Shown here in pieces: positions 59,636 to 64,000 of a stretch of 64,000 bases of DNA (position 1 is its first letter; each line of letters opens with the position of its first letter). This stretch comes from Candidatus Daviesbacteria bacterium (GTDB taxonomy: Bacteria; Patescibacteriota; Microgenomatia; Daviesbacterales; UBA10151): NCBI GenBank assembly GCA_028687915.1, contig JAQTZF010000001.1, forward strand, positions 482,634 to 546,633. The letters run 5' to 3'. The translations under genes and the position numbers were made by a program. The notes under the pieces were generated by a model, which saw only the letters and a list, made by a program, of their open reading frames with translations, searched no databases and was not told the origin of the DNA.

Positions 59636-60901
59636 ATGAGTTTAAAGAATAATTGGAAAATATACTTAATATTATTAGTGACTTTTTCTATAGTCATATT
59701 TATCAGATTTTATAACTTTAGTAATAGAATTAATTTTGGTCCTGAACAAGCAATTTCCTTAATTACTACCGGTGAATATATTAAAGATAAAATTACTCTG
59801 ATTGGATTACCTTCTACTCAAAGAGTAACATCAACAGGTCATATTATTTTTTCCAGCCCTATATTTAATTACGCTTTAATTCCATTGGAATTAATATTTA
59901 ATTTTGATCCAATTTTAATAACTGGTTATTTTGCACTATTAAATATTATCACAGGATTAATTATTTATTTGTTAACTAAGAAAATATTTTCGGTGCAAGT
60001 AGCTCTTTTTGCAGTCATTTTATTTTTGTTTAATGGTTATATGATTTATCATTCTTTGTTTATTTGGATTGTAAATTATTTGCCCCTTTTAGGTCTTTTG
60101 ACTATATATTTATTGTTTCTTTTTAGGCAAAAGAATAGAAAAATATTTTCATTGGCTTTGGGCTTAATTTCTGGAATTGCTTTTGGGACAGAATACCTCT
60201 ATTTATTTACTGCAGTTTTTGTTCTATTGTTTTTAATCTATTATTCAAAAAATAAATTTAAAGATTTTATTATTTTTATGTTAGGTTTTGCTGTTGGCAA
60301 TTTACCTCTCATTCTTTTTGATTTGAAACATAACTTTTATTATTTTGGCACCCTGTATCAGTATTTAATTGATACTATTAATTCTCCGGGTCAAAGTAAA
60401 CTTTCTTATTATCACTTTTTACAATTTTGGCCCCTACTTACTATAATTGGAGGTGTTATTTTATATAAAATTTTTCGAATAAATAAGTATATAGCATTAT
60501 TATTAATAGCACTCTATATTTTTATGAATTTAACTTCACCTTTAGTAAGTTTTAACGAAGCTGTTGGTATGAATAAGGGTTTAAACTATAATTTGTTAAA
60601 TAAGGCTGCTCAAATCATTGCAGATAATAAACCTGAAAAATTTAATGTTGCAACTACCTGGGATTTTGACAGTCAAGCACATCCGTTGCGCTATCTATTA
60701 AGATTTCGTTATGAAATGATACCTTTAGGTATTGAAGAATACAGAAATGCTGATAATATCTATGTTATGACAAATCCAACATATGATATTAACAATGCAT
60801 CTCTTTATGAAATTTCTAGTTTTAGACCATTTAAGACTGAATTGCTCACAAATTTAAGTAATGATTATAGTGTTTTTAAATTGAATCACTTAAATAAATA
60901 A
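59636..60901 (+). CDS. polytopic membrane protein, GT-C-like
   Basis: 421 aa; NFGPEQAISLITTGEY loop; about 11 TM helices. Confidence 0.35.
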   Translation: MSLKNNWKIYLILLVTFSIVIFIRFYNFSNRINFGPEQAISLITTGEYIKDKITLIGLPSTQRVTSTGHIIFSSPIFNYALIPLELIFNFDPILITGYFALLNIITGLIIYLLTKKIFSVQVALFAVILFLFNGYMIYHSLFIWIVNYLPLLGLLTIYLLFLFRQKNRKIFSLALGLISGIAFGTEYLYLFTAVFVLLFLIYYSKNKFKDFIIFMLGFAVGNLPLILFDLKHNFYYFGTLYQYLIDTINSPGQSKLSYYHFLQFWPLLTIIGGVILYKIFRINKYIALLLIALYIFMNLTSPLVSFNEAVGMNKGLNYNLLNKAAQIIADNKPEKFNVATTWDFDSQAHPLRYLLRFRYEMIPLGIEEYRNADNIYVMTNPTYDINNASLYEISSFRPFKTELLTNLSNDYSVFKLNHLNK

Positions 60902-62049
60902 TGAATATCTGGATTGATGGTTATGAAGCAAATGTTCCACAAAGACTTGGGTCCTCACAGTTAGGATTTGAGCTTTTGTGTCACCTTGAGAAAATTGATC
61001 AAAAAAATGAATATACAATATTATTACCATCTGCCCCTCTTCCTGATTTACCAAAGGAAAGAGCTGGATGGACTTATAAAATATTAAAACCTAATAAGTT
61101 ATGGACAAGGATTGCCTTGCCTTATGCTTTATATTCAGCAAAAATAAAACCGGATTTAATTTATTCCCCAACTCACTATATACCTCGTTTTTCTCCGGTT
61201 AGGCGAATAGTTACTATCTTTGATTTATCTTATCTCCATTTTCCGGAAATGATTCCACGGGCTGATTTATGGAAAATGGTAAATTGGGGAAAATTTGGAA
61301 TACAGAGAGCAGATCATATAATTACCATCTCAAATTTTTCCAGAAAAGATATAATTAAAAATTATAAAATAAACAGTGAAAAAGTTACTGCGATATACCC
61401 TGGATATGATAAGAATATCTTTAAGCCTATTAAAGATCACAAAAAAATAGATTTAATAAAGCAGAAGTATGGAATTTCAGGTAAGTACATTATATATATA
61501 GGAACAATTCAACCCAGAAAGAATTTAATTAGGCTTATAGAAGCTTTTAAGCCTATTGAAAACTTAAAGTTAGTAATTGTTGGAAAAACTAAAGGGTTGG
61601 GGCGGGAAGGATGGATGTTTGATGAGATTTTGGCTAAACCTGCAAAATTAGGGATTGAAGACAAAGTTATTTTTACAGGCTTTGTGCCAACAGAAGAATT
61701 ACCATATTTATTGTCAGAAGCTGAAACATTTATATTACCCTCTCTTTGGGAGGGTTTTGGAATACCTGCGGTTGAAGCAATGGCTTGTGGAGCACCTGTG
61801 ATAGTATCTAATGTATCTTCCTTGCCTGAAGTGGTTGGTAATGCTGGTTTATTAATTGATCCTCATTCTACAACTCAGATAGAGCAGGCAATCAGAACTA
61901 TTACAACGGATAGTAAGATTAGGGAAAAGAGAATTAAAGCAGGTTTAGAACAAGCAAAAAAGTATTCATGGAACAAAATGGCAAAAACATTATTAAAAGT
62001 TTTTGAGCTCACCTGCGCCGAGGCTTCGGCGAGTGAAAGAAAAAAATAA
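60901..62049 (+). CDS. glycosyltransferase family 4
   Basis: WEGFGIPAVEAMACGAPVIVSNVSSLPEV; TAATG overlap. Confidence 0.75.
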   Translation: MNIWIDGYEANVPQRLGSSQLGFELLCHLEKIDQKNEYTILLPSAPLPDLPKERAGWTYKILKPNKLWTRIALPYALYSAKIKPDLIYSPTHYIPRFSPVRRIVTIFDLSYLHFPEMIPRADLWKMVNWGKFGIQRADHIITISNFSRKDIIKNYKINSEKVTAIYPGYDKNIFKPIKDHKKIDLIKQKYGISGKYIIYIGTIQPRKNLIRLIEAFKPIENLKLVIVGKTKGLGREGWMFDEILAKPAKLGIEDKVIFTGFVPTEELPYLLSEAETFILPSLWEGFGIPAVEAMACGAPVIVSNVSSLPEVVGNAGLLIDPHSTTQIEQAIRTITTDSKIREKRIKAGLEQAKKYSWNKMAKTLLKVFELTCAEASASERKK

Positions 62050-62954
62050 TGAATAAAATATCAATTGTTATTCCTTATTGGAATGGGGTAGAGAAAATAA
62101 AAAAGCATTTACCTAAAGTCCTTGAATTTGCCAAAGTAAATAATATTGAAGAAATAATAGCTTGTGATGATGCATCCACGGATGAGACTGTAAAGTTATT
62201 AAAAACAGATTTTCCGGAGGTGCAAGTTGTTGAAAGAAAAATAAATCAAGGTTTTGCATCAAATGTTAATTCAGGATTCTTAAAAATTACAGGTGATTTC
62301 GTATTTTTATTAAATAGTGATGCATCTCCAGAAAATGATGCTTTAAAATCTGCCCTGCCTCATTTTGAAGATCCTAAAGTTTTTAGTGTGGGTTGTAATG
62401 TGGGAGGGCTTTGGGCTGTGGGTCGATTTGAGAACGGTTATTTTTGGCATGATCAAGGCTCGTTTAAGGGAGATAAATTAAAATCGCACCAGACTTTATG
62501 GTCTTCTGGTGGATCAGGTATTTTTCGTAAAACTATTTGGGATGAATTAGGGGGATTGGATGAACTATATAATCCTTTTTATGTAGAAGATGTTGATTTA
62601 GGCTACAGAGCAACTAAACGAGGCTATATTAATATTTGGGAACCTGAAAGTAAGGTAGAACACTACCAGGAAAAGGGTGTTATTGAGGCTAATTTTAAAA
62701 AAGAAAAAATTAATAATATTGCTGAGAGGAATTCATTAATTTTTATTTGGAAAAATATAACAAGTGAAAAATTAATGAATGAACATAAGAAAGCTTTGAT
62801 AAAGAGATTAATATCACATCCTAAATATTGGGCTATCTTTTTAGCTGCTGTGCGAAAATATCCTGAAATTATGGAAAAAAGAGAGGTGGAAAAAAAGTAT
62901 GCTCACCTTACAGATGAAGATATATTTAACATTTTTTCCAAGAGTCAAGTATAA
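62049..62954 (+). CDS. glycosyltransferase family 2
   Basis: ISIVIPYWNGVEKI...IIACDDASTDET...LLNSDA. Confidence 0.7.
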   Translation: MNKISIVIPYWNGVEKIKKHLPKVLEFAKVNNIEEIIACDDASTDETVKLLKTDFPEVQVVERKINQGFASNVNSGFLKITGDFVFLLNSDASPENDALKSALPHFEDPKVFSVGCNVGGLWAVGRFENGYFWHDQGSFKGDKLKSHQTLWSSGGSGIFRKTIWDELGGLDELYNPFYVEDVDLGYRATKRGYINIWEPESKVEHYQEKGVIEANFKKEKINNIAERNSLIFIWKNITSEKLMNEHKKALIKRLISHPKYWAIFLAAVRKYPEIMEKREVEKKYAHLTDEDIFNIFSKSQV

Positions 62955-62961
62955 TTAACAG

Positions 62962-63564
62962 ATGAGTGTATTTAAAGACAAGATGGGTAATGATTTAAAT
63001 GGATCTCAAGTGATTGAGAAGGTTATTAAACGGTTCTTTAGTTATATTTTAGATATCGAATTATTTATTATTCGATTGGCAGGTTTGATTCCAATATACA
63101 CTATTAGATGGTTAATATATGTTGCAGCTGGAATGAAGTTGCCATATGGCTCTCATATTCATATGAATGCTCAATTCTTTTATCCAAAAGGTATAGAGAT
63201 TGGTAAAGACACAATTATTGGGCAGGGTGTATTTTTGGATGGTAGGGCAAAGCTAAAAATAGGAAACCATGTAGATATTGCCTCAGAAGTGATGATTTAT
63301 AACTCAGAACATGATATGAATGCAGAAGACTTTCATGCAATAAACGAGGAAGTTTTAATCGGTGATTATGTTTTTATTGGTCCCCGCGTGATTATTTTAC
63401 CTGGTGTTAAAGTTGGAAAGGGTGCAATAATTGCTGCAGGTGCAGTGGTAACCAAAGATGTACCTGAATATGCGTTAGTTGGAGGTGTTCCTGCTAAAAT
63501 AATAGGAGAAAGATCCTTAAAAGATTTACACTATAAACTTGGACATGCACGATTACTTCAATGA
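62962..63564 (+). CDS. hexapeptide-repeat (LbH) sugar O-/N-acetyltransferase
   Basis: LbH repeats IGPRVIILPGVKVGKGAIIAAGAVV; WcaF/NeuD-like size. Confidence 0.65.
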   Translation: MSVFKDKMGNDLNGSQVIEKVIKRFFSYILDIELFIIRLAGLIPIYTIRWLIYVAAGMKLPYGSHIHMNAQFFYPKGIEIGKDTIIGQGVFLDGRAKLKIGNHVDIASEVMIYNSEHDMNAEDFHAINEEVLIGDYVFIGPRVIILPGVKVGKGAIIAAGAVVTKDVPEYALVGGVPAKIIGERSLKDLHYKLGHARLLQ

Positions 63565-64000
63565 TTAGGATTCTTTTTATAGGTTTTGCTATTTTATTAT
63601 TGATTTATCTCTTAATACCGGGACCCACATCAATTGATAATTTTTCAGAGTTGCCAAATTCTACAAAATCTACTTTATCAGGAGATACTATTCAGCAGCA
63701 AAATGTCGCTGGATATTTTTCTAATAATTATAGAAATTTTGTGACTAATTTCTATAAAAATGATTATTCAAGCAAGGTTGTGCTCCCGTTTTTGCCTATA
63801 CGTTTAAATTATCCTCCTGAATTTGCGTACACCGCAATTATAGACCAGACAAAGAGTACCTATTTGGAAGAGTTTGTTTATCCTTTACGTGATTCCTTGT
63901 TTGTAAACGGTTTTGAACCATTCTACGAAAGTGGAAAGCAAAAATTTTTTAGTTCAACAAAATTTGAACAAGAAGGAAAATTATTTTATACAAAAGCTAC
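63561..64000 (+). CDS. hypothetical membrane-anchored protein, 3'-truncated at window edge
   Basis: ATGA overlap at 63561 and an open frame to nt 64000. N-terminal TM/signal-anchor MIRILFIGFAILLLIYLLIP. Confidence 0.35.
   Translation, partial: MIRILFIGFAILLLIYLLIPGPTSIDNFSELPNSTKSTLSGDTIQQQNVAGYFSNNYRNFVTNFYKNDYSSKVVLPFLPIRLNYPPEFAYTAIIDQTKSTYLEEFVYPLRDSLFVNGFEPFYESGKQKFFSSTKFEQEGKLFYTKA

Noticed and set aside
62941-63564. 1-nt disagreements between my reading of the printed sequence and the ORF-track coordinates (around 21545 and 62962/63540)
   Set aside because: Most probably my own miscounting of the long printed lines rather than real frameshifts. The ORF-track coordinates were used, and short motif coordinates are flagged as approximate.
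1-64000. CRISPR arrays, tRNA/rRNA genes, transposases/integrases, phage genes
   Set aside because: Every intergenic gap is under 120 nt and none shows a regularly spaced direct-repeat pattern. No ORF resembles DDE transposases, tyrosine or serine recombinases, or phage structural proteins. There are no cloverleaf-capable GC-rich segments.

Overview
This 64 kb window is one continuous, very AT-rich (about 30% GC) bacterial glycan-biosynthesis island. Genes are tightly packed with ATGA/TAATG start-stop overlaps, and I see no tRNA, rRNA, CRISPR array or mobile-element gene. Three sequence features are directly visible: a conserved 20-aa C-terminal tail shared by two unrelated genes, GTTAAC palindromic box pairs in two divergent promoter regions, and extreme operon compaction.

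About 58 ORFs are almost all surface-polysaccharide or protein-glycosylation functions:
- A complete CMP-nonulosonic-acid pathway of the legionaminic type, with a fused acetyltransferase-aminotransferase.
- Two paralogous B12-binding radical-SAM enzymes flanking that pathway, one in an operon with an unknown CE4-like protein and an SDR.
- UDP-GlcNAc 2-epimerase (WecB), an RmlD-like reductase, and NAD-dependent epimerases.
- At least 7 GT2 and 7 GT4 glycosyltransferases.
- Three polyprenol-phosphate sugar synthases (GT2, Dpm1/GtrB-like), one paired with a DUF2304 membrane protein.
- About ten large polytopic GT-C-like membrane proteins (ArnT/PMT-like with a WWDEA motif, PIG-V/DUF2029-like, and several paralogous families).
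- Both export routes: a Wzx-like flippase and a Wzm/Wzt ABC exporter.
- At least nine SAM-dependent methyltransferases (FkbM, Methyltransf_24, class I), with adenosylhomocysteinase and a PfkB kinase.
- A prenyltransferase/squalene-cyclase-repeat alpha/alpha-toroid protein.
- A TagF/KpsS-like GT-B protein next to the CMP-NulO synthetase.

Limits:
- Coordinates of short motifs are approximate, because my reading of the printed sequence disagreed with the ORF track by 1 nt in two places.
- All product calls are from motif recognition only, with no database search.
- Taxonomy is unresolved. The eukaryote-like AhcY and sigma70-type -10 elements say bacterial; a CPR/Patescibacteria or low-GC Gram-positive origin is possible but unproven.
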